Source of the DNA: a virus
IMG/VR virus record: IMGVR_UViG_3300035034_001869
Coordinates: 7,929-71,928 of that record
DNA: 64,000 bases
Reading direction: 5' to 3' (one strand)
Part shown: one piece after another, positions 16,716 through 26,316 of the stretch
How positions within the stretch are numbered: the first letter of the stretch is position 1
Layout of the letters: every line of letters begins with the position of its first letter
Notes under the pieces: generated by a model
What the model was told of the DNA's origin: nothing
Database searches by the model: none
Seen by the model: only the letters and a program-made list of their open reading frames with translations
Translations under genes and position numbers: made by a program

Positions 16716-18085
16716 GCTTTAACCTTTCTTGCAAAGTTTATGTTAGGCATACTGGATTTCTTTTTCATGATATTATATTTTAGGACATGTTCTAATAATT
16801 CATCAGCAAATTTATCATTTGTTATCCATCGCCATTTAAAATCAATCTTATTTTGTAAGCCCTTGATATATTCTGAGGCTACGGAAATAATACCGAGGGC
16901 ATATCCGTCTATAGAAGATTTCCCATTCATGAATACGTATTTATTTTCAATTGGCAGAATAATTTTTACCATGTTGTTGATAGCTGTAGCCTGAAGGTTG
17001 TCAACATCAACACATCCTCTTTGCTTCAGAGATTTAAACAATAATTCACCTTTTTCATCTAATTTTCCGGTTATTCCTTTTTTCATTGCAGTATGCCATT
17101 TGATCAACGGTGAGTATGCATTTCCATTAAATCCCTCTGAGAAGATAAATTGTCCTATTGATCTAATAAGCTTTTTTGGATTTTTTTCATGTTCAAGTTG
17201 AAATTTGAATGCATAAAGAACTTCTTCAATGTTCCATTTATAATCAATGTATTCTTTTGGAATAATGCTGAGATAATACGGAGGTTTACATCTTGGGTTT
17301 TTAGAAAACAGTTTATGAATTTTATCAATGGATGTCGCATATGCTTTTGTTTCAATTTTATGTTTGATCGCATTATCTAAATCAACTAACCATTTAAAAT
17401 ATTTTAAATCTGTATCTGTGCAATGTTTTGGGAAATATTTCTTTTTGGGTTTTTTAGCAGAGGCTTTATTGACCTGTCTATCAGAGATGTCTTTCTTAGC
17501 TTTAACAATTGGAACAATCTTTCTTGTAATATTTGAACGAAAGTCCTTTGTAGGCGATTCGTTAGAATCGCTGTCTTTAAATTTATTTAAAGAGTTTTTT
17601 GAATCATCTGTAGTATCATCTGTTATTGCTTGTCGATTTATCGAGTACGAGAGTCGATTTTCAGAGTATGCATCACTAAAAACTTTCAGGGGTTTTTCAT
17701 CAAAAAGATAAAAGTTTGTCTTGTCAAATTTATATTTAGTATTCGGGTTTTTATGTTTTGTTAAAATTCCACGATCCATAAGAAGTTTTATAGATTGAAT
17801 CACCTTGTCTTTCTTATAAAGATTTAATATACCATCAACTATTTCTTTCAAAGTATGAAATTGAAGCAGAGAGATATCTTGCTCTCCTTTATACCCATTA
17901 AGTTCTGCAATTTCATTCATTTTCTTATTTTTTGGCTTCATTTTCATTTTTGTGTCATGCCAAGTTCCAAAGAAAGATATTAATGATGCCCCACATATAT
18001 CCCCATCACAAAAAGCTATCTGCCATTTTCTTATTGTGATGAATCTATCTTTTGAAACTTCAGGCAAGCAGGAAGTTCTTGACAT
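16712..18085 (-). CDS. Putative replication initiator / replisome organiser (N-terminal wHTH)
   Basis: N-terminal ASLISFFGTW...KVIQSIKLLMDRGIL...FDKTNFY, low-complexity linker, coupled to DnaB. Confidence 0.6.
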   Translation of the reverse strand: MSRTSCLPEVSKDRFITIRKWQIAFCDGDICGASLISFFGTWHDTKMKMKPKNKKMNEIAELNGYKGEQDISLLQFHTLKEIVDGILNLYKKDKVIQSIKLLMDRGILTKHKNPNTKYKFDKTNFYLFDEKPLKVFSDAYSENRLSYSINRQAITDDTTDDSKNSLNKFKDSDSNESPTKDFRSNITRKIVPIVKAKKDISDRQVNKASAKKPKKKYFPKHCTDTDLKYFKWLVDLDNAIKHKIETKAYATSIDKIHKLFSKNPRCKPPYYLSIIPKEYIDYKWNIEEVLYAFKFQLEHEKNPKKLIRSIGQFIFSEGFNGNAYSPLIKWHTAMKKGITGKLDEKGELLFKSLKQRGCVDVDNLQATAINNMVKIILPIENKYVFMNGKSSIDGYALGIISVASEYIKGLQNKIDFKWRWITNDKFADELLEHVLKYNIMKKKSSMPNINFARKVKA

Positions 18086-18096
18086 GATTATATCCT

Positions 18097-18540
18097 CTAC
18101 TTAAAATGATTGATTGAGTTAAGATTTATAAATTTTAAATACTTCAGATTATCCTCTTTTTCCAGAATAAAATCTATAATTTTTTCTACTGATTCTGTAT
18201 TAATCTTTCTGTGGTCAATATTAACAATTTTTGCAAGAGTTTGATCACCATCGAAATAAGAAAGAAATACTTGATGCCACCAAGATTGTCCATGGATACA
18301 TGCGTGATCACAAGTTCCTTGACCTTCTTGATCTTCATCACATCTATCACATCCTTGATCAATGAAATAAAATTCCTCTTCACCAGTTAATGATTTTTTT
18401 AGATAGTTATATTCGGCAGGATGCCATTTTTTGATATTTTTCTTGAATTTTTCTTTTGCTTGTTCTTCATTTTTGGCTTGAACAATACAAATTATTTCGT
18501 TTTCACTTTCTACTACTTCTACTACTAAGAATTGTGGCAT
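18097..18540 (-). CDS. Hypothetical protein with a Cys cluster
   Basis: Start at MPQFL after an AAGGAG RBS. Confidence 0.65.
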   Translation of the reverse strand: MPQFLVVEVVESENEIICIVQAKNEEQAKEKFKKNIKKWHPAEYNYLKKSLTGEEEFYFIDQGCDRCDEDQEGQGTCDHACIHGQSWWHQVFLSYFDGDQTLAKIVNIDHRKINTESVEKIIDFILEKEDNLKYLKFINLNSINHFK

Positions 18541-18541
18541 A

Positions 18542-18645
18542 AAAAACTCCTTTTTAATGGTCCCGATCTTGACAGGCGAATAACTGATAAGGAAATTCAT
18601 GGAGACAATCAAGACCATTAAAAAAGAGTCTTTATTTCCTGTCAA
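18542..18645 (-). promoter_or_regulatory. RBS-sequestering leader hairpin with alternative pairing
   Basis: 26-bp stem (18608-18633 with 18542-18567, four G-U pairs) buries AAGGAG; TTGACAGG/CCTGTCAA provides an alternative pairing. Confidence 0.7.
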
Positions 18646-18723
18646 TATTAAGTCTCTGATTTCCATCACTTGCTCAGTGATTTATCAAGTCACTGCAATA
18701 CTCTAAAACATGATGAAAGTTAA

Positions 18724-18752
18724 AATATACTATAATCTGATTAATAAGTAAA
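18724..18752 (-). promoter_or_regulatory. Probable sigma70 promoter of the initiator/DnaB operon
   Basis: TTTACT-17 nt-TATATT. Confidence 0.5.
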
Positions 18753-18770
18753 CAGAAATTTTATATTAAG

Positions 18771-19697
18771 TCAAGAACTTTTTATTTTCTTGATATCTTC
18801 AGCGGATAATTGATCTGGATCAGTGTCTTCTGGAAGATCAAATATCTTACAATCGCAAAAAGGAGCCAAATCATTCGCTAATTTTTCTCCTGCTACTTTG
18901 CCAGCTTTATCCCCGTCAAAAACAATTTTAACAGTGGAAAATTTGGATAATAATCTTTTCTGTTCTGAGGTTGTTTTGGTTCCGAAGGTGCAAACGCATC
19001 CGTCACCCATTCTCATCATGTCAAAAAGTCCTTCAACCACACAACAACTATTTCCATCAGTGAATTCTAACCCGAACAGGTAATCTTTGATTGGGATTAC
19101 TGATTTTTCTTCTTCCAAATGACGATATCGTAAATTCGTATTTTCAGATATCGCAATGGATGTAAAAGTGATCATTCGGTATTGTCTGATTACAGGAACT
19201 ATTATTCTGTTTTTCCATTTTCCAGTTGGTCCACAGAAATGAAATTTATATTTTTCAGTAAGTTCCTTGTAATCAAACCCTCTGCCTCGTAGATACTCCG
19301 CATGATGTGGTGTAATAAGTTTACTTGCATTGCTCGGCAGTTCTACTTTAATTGATCTTTCTTTTTCTGATTGTCCAAAAGATTTCAACTCTCTCGGAAC
19401 AGCATCACCAAGAACCTCAATGGCTTTATTAAAAGATCCTAATTCTTCCGTAAGATATTTTATTACTGTCCCAGAAGTACCACATTTAAAACAGGAGATT
19501 GTTTTGCTTTCAAGATTGATACCCATGTGATTTGAATCATCCCCACAAAATGGGCAAGGAGTTCCAATCCAACCAGAGGAAACATTTTTTCCTGACTCAG
19601 TGTAGTAAATATTTAATTCGTCAAGAACTTCTCGAATGTCAATATTTTCAATGTGGACTTTATCATGTTTTTTACCTTTTTGTATTCGTCTCATCAA
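18771..19697 (-). CDS. DNA primase (zinc finger + TOPRIM)
   Basis: CPFCGD...CFKCG zinc finger; VVEGLFD, FDGDKAG and DPDQL motifs. Confidence 0.92.
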   Translation of the reverse strand: MMRRIQKGKKHDKVHIENIDIREVLDELNIYYTESGKNVSSGWIGTPCPFCGDDSNHMGINLESKTISCFKCGTSGTVIKYLTEELGSFNKAIEVLGDAVPRELKSFGQSEKERSIKVELPSNASKLITPHHAEYLRGRGFDYKELTEKYKFHFCGPTGKWKNRIIVPVIRQYRMITFTSIAISENTNLRYRHLEEEKSVIPIKDYLFGLEFTDGNSCCVVEGLFDMMRMGDGCVCTFGTKTTSEQKRLLSKFSTVKIVFDGDKAGKVAGEKLANDLAPFCDCKIFDLPEDTDPDQLSAEDIKKIKSS

Positions 19698-20263
19698 TAA
19701 TCTCTTTTGCTGTTCTGATTTAATGTAAATTGCATCATAATATCATCTTGTGATACTGAATCAAGCTGTTTTAAAATAAAATGATGCTATGATACTGCTA
19801 AACGTTTTAAACGTCTTAGATTAAAGAATTTTCTTCTTCTTGTTCTATTTTTCTGATCGTTTTTCTGGTGAATTTTTTTAATTTCTATGATACTCTTTTG
19901 CATAACATTCCATTCTTAACCTCCATATATGACTATAATGGCGTTACAAATAATTCCTGTCATTATTACATCTAATAAAAGTGTGAATATTAGTCCAATA
20001 ATTAGCATGGACTCCATTTTGTTTTTAAAACACATCCAAATTAAGAATATAGTGGTCATTTTCTACTCCCTAAAATAAGTTCTTGAACAATTCTCTTTGC
20101 CTGATCGAATCGTTCAGAATAAGAATCAGATATGATGGTGAATTCTATGCCCTGATTTGTCAGTCATTTCTTTCTCCTTTCTACTACATCATATACACGT
20201 ACATTGAACCCATTCCTATAATTATACCGATCATAAGCCCTTCTAAAAATAGTAAGACGTACA

Positions 20264-20467
20264 TTATTTTTTTCTCCTTATACACCCACAAGATTTTGTG
20301 TTCCCACTTCTCAAGCTGTCCTGTCGTATTTCACAAATATTTCCACATTCACATTGACAAATCCATTTTTTAGTGGTTTGTAGAGTTTTTACACTGATGT
20401 AAAGTTCCCCTTCTCTGAGAACAGTCAACTTTCCCCATTTTGATCCAGGCATGTTGTATAGTGTCAT
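20264..20467 (-). CDS. Stand-alone Cys-rich module resembling the N-terminus of HNH/AP2 homing endonucleases
   Basis: GSKWGKLTVL...WICQCECGN...LRSGNTKSCGC. Confidence 0.7.
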   Translation of the reverse strand: MTLYNMPGSKWGKLTVLREGELYISVKTLQTTKKWICQCECGNICEIRQDSLRSGNTKSCGCIRRKK

Positions 20468-20856
20468 AATTTAGAACACCTTTCTATTTTAATTTTTAGA
20501 ATTGATTCTTCCTCTATACAAGTATGCCACCATTTTTTATGTTTTCCATACCATCTGTAAATGATCATATTTTCTCCATAAATATTTGGAACAATATGAT
20601 CAATATGGATTTTATATGGTTTTCCTGGGCCGATTTGTATATGATAGGTATTCCCTACTATAATGAATTTACTTTGTTTGATAACTTCTCTCCAGTTATC
20701 AGCTATGAATTGAACAATTCCCTCAGTGAAATTATAAGAGTGTTTCAGTATTCCATTTTGTATATCTTTTGCAAGAATGGTACAAGGAACACATACGTTT
20801 CCACAGAATCCGCCTTCATGTGATTTATTTGTGCATGATTTTACGAAACATTCCAT
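20464..20856 (-). CDS. Hypothetical protein with N-terminal Cys cluster
   Basis: ORF with GGAGG RBS. Confidence 0.6.
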   Translation of the reverse strand: MECFVKSCTNKSHEGGFCGNVCVPCTILAKDIQNGILKHSYNFTEGIVQFIADNWREVIKQSKFIIVGNTYHIQIGPGKPYKIHIDHIVPNIYGENMIIYRWYGKHKKWWHTCIEEESILKIKIERCSKL

Positions 20857-21070
20857 TTCTGTTCCTCCTTTGTAAACACCCGCATGATCTTGTTTTCCCT
20901 GATCGTAATGAGCTTTGTTTTACTGAAACATATTCTCCACAAGAACAAACACATTTCCATTTACGTTCACTTCTTCCAGTTGATAGACAAATATAAGGTT
21001 CATCCTCTCCCAAGACAATCAGCTTGCCGAAGTTTTGGCCTTTTAAATCTATTGTTCTTTTTCGTGCCAT
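20825..21070 (-). CDS. Second stand-alone Cys-rich homing-endonuclease-type module
   Basis: DLKGQNFGKLIVL...WKCVCSCGE...LRSGKTRSCGC; paralog of 20264-20467. Confidence 0.75.
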   Translation of the reverse strand: MARKRTIDLKGQNFGKLIVLGEDEPYICLSTGRSERKWKCVCSCGEYVSVKQSSLRSGKTRSCGCLQRRNRNGMFRKIMHK

Positions 21071-21354
21071 TATTTTCTTTCCTTTAAATCAAATCTAAGT
21101 AGAAAATCTTGAATTGTGCTGTAAGTATTTTCCCAAGGAGTGATTGTATTCTTTTTCCAATAAGAATAAAACACAAGTCTTAGTCCCTGATAGCAATCAT
21201 CTTTATAAGATTCATACGTATTTTCTTCAAGGACACCGTGAATCTTGATACTGTAGTGTATGGTATCAATAGTTTCTTCTGCTTGGATCTTGACGGTTTG
21301 CATTGTCTCTTTGTTCCTTATATAAAGCTTCAATTTGTGCCCGTAGCAAAACAC
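21070..21354 (-). CDS. Hypothetical protein
   Basis: ORF in the minus-strand array; start uncertain. Confidence 0.5.
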   Translation of the reverse strand: MFCYGHKLKLYIRNKETMQTVKIQAEETIDTIHYSIKIHGVLEENTYESYKDDCYQGLRLVFYSYWKKNTITPWENTYSTIQDFLLRFDLKERK

Positions 21355-21463
21355 ATTCTAATTGAAGTGATCTATTCATTGTGAACCCCTTTGCCGCTTC
21401 TTTCCTTGCTAAAAGACTTACGATCATAGCCTTTAATACCTCATTATAAATTTTTGATCTCAT
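21266..21463 (-). CDS. Hypothetical protein
   Basis: ORF with GAGGAG RBS. Confidence 0.5.
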   Translation of the reverse strand: MRSKIYNEVLKAMIVSLLARKEAAKGFTMNRSLQLECVLLRAQIEALYKEQRDNANRQDPSRRNY

Positions 21464-21464
21464 A

Positions 21465-21800
21465 TTATTTTCTCCTCATCGGTGGGTCCATATCTCTAAG
21501 ATCCTCATGATTAGCGATTGCTTCTTTCACCTTATCCCATTCTCCTTTTTTCCATTCAAGAAATTCAGGAGCCCTTTTGCAATTTACACAATTGGGCGTG
21601 TTTCGAACAATTGTTGATTTCCCGTCTTTGAATACTCTTGCTATCGGTTGGGTCTTGTTGTGTGAACACTCAATTGGAAAAGGAAGTCTTCCCTCATAAT
21701 ATTCACACCATCTTCCTTGTTTCTTTTTGATTTTAGGAAGAATTTTGCGAATGATTTTTGGGAGTTTCTTTTTCCTGAATTTCTTTTTTAAAATTTTCAT
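21465..21800 (-). CDS. Hypothetical basic protein
   Basis: ORF translationally coupled to neighbours. Confidence 0.6.
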   Translation of the reverse strand: MKILKKKFRKKKLPKIIRKILPKIKKKQGRWCEYYEGRLPFPIECSHNKTQPIARVFKDGKSTIVRNTPNCVNCKRAPEFLEWKKGEWDKVKEAIANHEDLRDMDPPMRRK

Positions 21801-22039
21801 TTAAGATCTCTACTTGCGACCATTTCCTTCAGCATCTCCATGGCTTCTGTGATTGTAATATCTCTTTCTGAAGTTATTCCTTCAATTCCATTTTGGATAT
21901 TTTCTTTTATTTCTTGCATTATTTCATCAGAAACATTTTCTTTAGAATCTAAATCCGTCAGCTTGTTCATTATTGGTGCAAATTTTTTCATCATTTCGTA
22001 AATTGCGTGAAATACAGTTAGGCTTTTTGGATTTGCCAT
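21797..22039 (-). CDS. Hypothetical protein
   Basis: Start at MANPK after AAGGAG. Confidence 0.6.
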   Translation of the reverse strand: MANPKSLTVFHAIYEMMKKFAPIMNKLTDLDSKENVSDEIMQEIKENIQNGIEGITSERDITITEAMEMLKEMVASRDLK

Positions 22040-22040
22040 T

Positions 22041-22238
22041 TTAATTTTCTCCTTTATTTTGAAAATCTTGTTTAGCAATACACAACGCCCTTCTCCAACT
22101 TTTGTGTATCCCGTGAGCTTCTCTTTCACCATTATCTACATGAACCAAATAATTTAATTTCAATAGATTGGGGGGGAAGATTTTAATTGCACATTTTTTA
22201 TCCAAAAGGAATTCTAATGCTTCAGCGTATTTTTGCAT
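22041..22238 (-). CDS. Hypothetical protein
   Basis: AAGGAG RBS; fills the gap between neighbours. Confidence 0.55.
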   Translation of the reverse strand: MQKYAEALEFLLDKKCAIKIFPPNLLKLNYLVHVDNGEREAHGIHKSWRRALCIAKQDFQNKGEN

Positions 22239-22239
22239 T

Positions 22240-22761
22240 TTATTCTCCTTTTAAATTTCTGATTGCTTTTTGTAATCCCTCTGGACGTATGCATTCATTA
22301 TCCAATTCATTTAAAGCCTTTTCTATTTTTTCTTTGGCTTCAATCAATTCAACCATCATCCAGTATGCAAGTCCGTCTCCTGTTAAATCTCTCCAAGGTT
22401 CCCCGTGTCTAAGAGCTTTCATTCCCCCTGTGTGAGCTTGGTACACTGAGTATTTTCCGTCATTTACATCCACAAAATAATTGCTTCGCTTTTTGATTGT
22501 GTCTTTTAAAGACGGCATGAAATATTCCTTTTTATTTAGAGATGATCTTGCCATATTTCTTTGCTTTGTGCGCATCCAGGAAATATCACCAGGAGTTACT
22601 TTTTCAAGATCCTTTATTTTTTGTGTCATATTTTCGACTTCCTCAAGGCAATGAACCCTATGATCATGGTGTTCATTGCAATACGGGCATAAGGGGTGCC
22701 TTTTCTTTTTCATCTGCATTTTTAAATTTCTACAGGTTTCACAATCACAGAAGGTAGTCAT
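22240..22761 (-). CDS. Hypothetical protein with Cys/His motifs
   Basis: CDCETC and CPYCNEHH. Confidence 0.6.
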   Translation of the reverse strand: MTTFCDCETCRNLKMQMKKKRHPLCPYCNEHHDHRVHCLEEVENMTQKIKDLEKVTPGDISWMRTKQRNMARSSLNKKEYFMPSLKDTIKKRSNYFVDVNDGKYSVYQAHTGGMKALRHGEPWRDLTGDGLAYWMMVELIEAKEKIEKALNELDNECIRPEGLQKAIRNLKGE

Positions 22762-22964
22762 GCGTATAAATCCTTATATTTATTTCCCTCTTTGCAGGCA
22801 CACACGGCTATAAAACAACCATTTCCACCACAAGTTCGACAAGTTGATTCATCATATGAACCTTCACCAGATCCATTGCAAGAAATACAATTCATTCTGA
22901 TAAGACCATCTTCACATTCATCACAAATTTCATCAGACATAATTACCTCTTCTTTTTGTTCCAT
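22758..22964 (-). CDS. Small DnaJ-type zinc-finger protein
   Basis: CISCNGSGEG...CRTCGGNG (CxxCxGxG repeats). Confidence 0.65.
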   Translation of the reverse strand: MEQKEEVIMSDEICDECEDGLIRMNCISCNGSGEGSYDESTCRTCGGNGCFIAVCACKEGNKYKDLYA

Positions 22965-23131
22965 TTATTACGCCAGATTTCCTTTTGGCTTTTATCCTCA
23001 AGTTGTTTCTGCTTCTTTGCCAGCTTTTTCCATTCTCTTTTTGAAATAAGGCCGTTTTCACTATAGAAAGGAAGGTGCGTTTCTTTTTTTAAAAATGCTA
23101 TAAATTCTTCAGGTGTTTTTTGATCTTCCAT
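22943..23131 (-). CDS. Hypothetical protein
   Basis: ORF coupled to neighbours. Confidence 0.5.
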   Translation of the reverse strand: MEDQKTPEEFIAFLKKETHLPFYSENGLISKREWKKLAKKQKQLEDKSQKEIWRNKWNKKKR

Positions 23132-23328
23132 TATTCAATCTCCACATAGTCAAATGTTGTTTGTAAAAGATGGTCATAATCATGGGATGTTGCTTCTTCC
23201 TGATATTTTTTGATATATTCTTCATCTGCCCCTGCTTTTCTTAAAGCTTTTGAAGCAACACCAATTATCAGAAAGGCATTCCCATTGATATCTGCATCAA
23301 TCGTTGGTTTGTAGTCTGGTTCAATCAT
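23131..23328 (-). CDS. Conserved small phage protein
   Basis: GNAFLIIG...ALRKAG...EATSHDYDHLLQT, a pattern seen in many phages (recall). Confidence 0.7.
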   Translation of the reverse strand: MIEPDYKPTIDADINGNAFLIIGVASKALRKAGADEEYIKKYQEEATSHDYDHLLQTTFDYVEIE

Positions 23329-23339
23329 TTTTATTTACC

Positions 23340-23639
23340 TTATAAATTATTGTAAAAGTGTTTATAATCTTCGTCCGTCCAAGAATCCTCAAATGGAGTT
23401 TCCTCAGTATAATTCAATTGTCTTTTAAGTCCGTTTGGGTCTGATAAAACTGCCCATAGTTCTTCGTTTTCGAATAACCATCCTTCATTGCGTAATTCTA
23501 TTTCTAAAATATCCCATTCAAGACCGTTTTTTGAGAATAAGCATTGGGCGGAAATCGGCAGATTTGATATTTCTCCTTTATATTTTTTCCAAGGGGAACA
23601 TTTGATTTTTTGTTTTCGCAATCTACCACGTAAATTCAT
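23340..23639 (-). CDS. Hypothetical protein
   Basis: ORF with RBS. Confidence 0.6.
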   Translation of the reverse strand: MNLRGRLRKQKIKCSPWKKYKGEISNLPISAQCLFSKNGLEWDILEIELRNEGWLFENEELWAVLSDPNGLKRQLNYTEETPFEDSWTDEDYKHFYNNL

Positions 23640-23674
23640 TTTTTAATTTTTCCTGTGTTTTAGATTGTGTAATT

Positions 23675-23965
23675 TTATATAATTATTTCTTGCCGTAACT
23701 GCCTCCATTTGTTAGAAAACCATAATTTGATTTTTTGCCATTTAGTTTTGGGTTTTAGCATTTCACAGATAGGACAAATACCTTCTGGATTACATTCAAC
23801 ATTAAATGTATTTTTTGGGTATTTATGATTGAAATGAAAATGATCTATTGGAGTTCCTTTCTTTGGGATTTTAAATTGTCTCAGAGGCAGAAACTCCAAA
23901 GTTCCTTTCCCTATGAAATACTTTTCATAAGGTTTTAGATTTGTGTTTTTATCGGGCGTTGCCAT
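23675..23965 (-). CDS. Hypothetical protein (CPICE motif)
   Basis: Start at MATPDK, directly after the helicase stop codon. Confidence 0.6.
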   Translation of the reverse strand: MATPDKNTNLKPYEKYFIGKGTLEFLPLRQFKIPKKGTPIDHFHFNHKYPKNTFNVECNPEGICPICEMLKPKTKWQKIKLWFSNKWRQLRQEIII

Positions 23966-23966
23966 T

Positions 23967-25376
23967 TTAATTCCCCCATTGTTTGGAATAGACCCTATCC
24001 CGATGAAATCCAGAATAGAGTAACATGCGAACATTTGTATCTCTAAAATCATAAACTCGTGGAACCTTGTTTTTCTTAGGTCTAAGAATTCTGCCAACTA
24101 CCTGAATTATTCTTCCGCTAAATTTGACTGGTGTAGTAAGAAATAAAGCAGAGAGATTCGGGGCATCAAATCCTTCTCCGATTAATGAGATGGTAGCAAT
24201 CAAAACTTTACATCTTCCAGCTTTAACATCAGCCACAATATTAACTCGTTCTTTATTGCCTGTTTTTCCGGATAATACATGACACTTAATTTTTTTATCA
24301 CGCAGTTTTTGTGCTATTGCTTCGCAGTGTTTGACTCGATCAGACGTTACTATCACATTCTGTTTAAAACGTCTTAAATCATGCTCTATGCTCGTTACAA
24401 TCAAGTTATTTCGTGTTTCATCTTCTGTCAATTTCTTGATTATGCTTGCATAATTCATTCTTTCTTCATCGGCAAAACATTCATTGGCACGAAAGTCAGT
24501 TTCCACCCGAATGATTTTTGGTTTCAGAACTGCTCCGGTATCATGTAATACTTTTTTATCCACTTTGTGAATCTTGTGTCCGATGTGAGCAAATATAGCA
24601 TTTCCAAGACCATCATTTCTGAAAGCAGTTGCAGTCAATCCAAGATAGTGTTTTGCTGGAAATTGCTGAATTGTATCTGACCAGGAAGTAGCGGCAGATC
24701 TATGAACTTCGTCCATTATTATTTGCCCGAATCTTGGAGTTAATAAATCAAGCCTGTTTTTAACAGTATTGATTATTCCCACTGAAATGTCTTTGATATC
24801 ACATTTCCCATCTCCAATTAATCCGCAATCATAATGCAAGAAGGTTTTGATTGCGTCTTGCCATTGAAACAATAATTCTTTTGAATGAACAATGATCAGT
24901 GTTGGTTGTTTTCGTCTTGCAATAATTCCGGTTGCCATTACAGTCTTTCCAGATCCGGTTGCCGCTTCAAGGACACCCACCGGATATCTCGTGACCATAT
25001 CATTTACGGCTAAATATTGGTATGGTCTTAGTTCCCCGTGAAATTCTATATCCATTTTCGGGAACAGTAAAGTTTTGTCTTTTATCTTTACGGAATAATT
25101 ATTTTCATGTAGCCATTTTTTCAGATACCATACATAACCTCTTGGAATCCATGTTGTTTTCTTATCCTCAGACACTTCAAAGAAGTAAAGGTACTTCATG
25201 ACATCAACCCCAACATATGTGCCGTGTTTTTCGGCATTCTTATATACTGGGTTTTCAAAGGTTAAGTCCTGAAGTATTTTGTCCTTTGCACCTCTTGGGA
25301 GATTTCTACAAACAACACCTCTTCCAATTTCGAGTGTTACTTTTTTACCATCCGGGTCCATCATCATAGTCCTCAT
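23967..25376 (-). CDS. Superfamily 2 (DExH) helicase, UvsW/D10-like
   Basis: LRPYQ, ATGSGKT, MDEVH, GLTAT, GEGFDAP and QVVGRILR motifs. Confidence 0.93.
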   Translation of the reverse strand: MRTMMMDPDGKKVTLEIGRGVVCRNLPRGAKDKILQDLTFENPVYKNAEKHGTYVGVDVMKYLYFFEVSEDKKTTWIPRGYVWYLKKWLHENNYSVKIKDKTLLFPKMDIEFHGELRPYQYLAVNDMVTRYPVGVLEAATGSGKTVMATGIIARRKQPTLIIVHSKELLFQWQDAIKTFLHYDCGLIGDGKCDIKDISVGIINTVKNRLDLLTPRFGQIIMDEVHRSAATSWSDTIQQFPAKHYLGLTATAFRNDGLGNAIFAHIGHKIHKVDKKVLHDTGAVLKPKIIRVETDFRANECFADEERMNYASIIKKLTEDETRNNLIVTSIEHDLRRFKQNVIVTSDRVKHCEAIAQKLRDKKIKCHVLSGKTGNKERVNIVADVKAGRCKVLIATISLIGEGFDAPNLSALFLTTPVKFSGRIIQVVGRILRPKKNKVPRVYDFRDTNVRMLLYSGFHRDRVYSKQWGN

Positions 25377-25560
25377 TTAGAAAGGGATCACTGTTATCAG
25401 TATCTTCAAAGGTTTTTGGACTTCCTTTGTCTCTGATTAGGCTATCCGCTATTAACAAACTACTTGTGTCGTATGTATGGCTTGATTGTCTTTTTCTTCC
25501 TCGTGGTTTTTCAGGAAAGAAAAGATTTACAAACCATAATAAAAATATATCAATGAACAT
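25345..25560 (-). CDS. Hypothetical protein
   Basis: ORF coupled to neighbours. Confidence 0.45.
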   Translation of the reverse strand: MFIDIFLLWFVNLFFPEKPRGRKRQSSHTYDTSSLLIADSLIRDKGSPKTFEDTDNSDPFLNEDYDDGPGW

Positions 25561-25562
25561 AA

Positions 25563-25946
25563 TTATTTCCAGCTATATTTAATGGTAGGGTCCAGAGGCT
25601 TTCTCCACGTAGCTATAGTGGATTCAGGGACAAGTTTTTTGAGTGGTGTAATTTGAACTTTGATTGTTTCAGAAAATCTTGCTTGCATTTTCATCTTTTT
25701 AAGATATGCCATAACCTTCTTTGGTTCAATATCTGTAAATTTTTCAGCGGAGGAAATAACCAAGGAGTCCCCAGCTTCATTTTTATATGTTCCATCTTTG
25801 TTTAGATCAATTTCAGCTTTGATCTCTTTGATTCTTTTTTCCGCCGCTTTTTTCTGTTTGTCAAGTTTACAAGCTTCCGCAATCAATAATGCTTTTTTGC
25901 CTTTCATCAGTTTTACTACTGGCGCTTCTTTTTTAATTTTTTCCAT
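25563..25946 (-). CDS. Hypothetical Lys-rich coiled-coil protein
   Basis: GGGAG RBS; coiled-coil N-terminus. Confidence 0.65.
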   Translation of the reverse strand: MEKIKKEAPVVKLMKGKKALLIAEACKLDKQKKAAEKRIKEIKAEIDLNKDGTYKNEAGDSLVISSAEKFTDIEPKKVMAYLKKMKMQARFSETIKVQITPLKKLVPESTIATWRKPLDPTIKYSWK

Positions 25947-26063
25947 TTTAATACTCCCTTTTGAATTTGAATCGTTTGTTCCAATTTTGAAAATTCTTAT
26001 GCCTCAGCAAACTTGATAATCTCCTTGAGATATAATTTTTTTTGAGATATGGAAAGTACCATT

Positions 26064-26282
26064 TCATCGTTTGACTTTTCGTTTGACTTTCTTTTTAACC
26101 GGTTTTGGAATATCTTTAACAGTAACCTTTTTAAAGGTTATTTTGGATTCGTTTTCTTCAATATGGTCCGTGATAAGCTTCTGTACATAGGATGATAACG
26201 TTCTGCTGTCGTTTGCGGCTAATTCCAAAAGTTGTTCTTTTAATTCGATAGGATAGCTGAAGGATAATCTTGTTGCGGCCAT
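26064..26282 (-). CDS. Ribbon-helix-helix DNA-binding protein
   Basis: RLSFSYPIELKEQL...DSRTLSSYVQKLI. Confidence 0.75.
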   Translation of the reverse strand: MAATRLSFSYPIELKEQLLELAANDSRTLSSYVQKLITDHIEENESKITFKKVTVKDIPKPVKKKVKRKVKR

Positions 26283-26316
26283 GGTAATCTCCTTGTTTTG
26301 TGTTATTTTTTATTAA

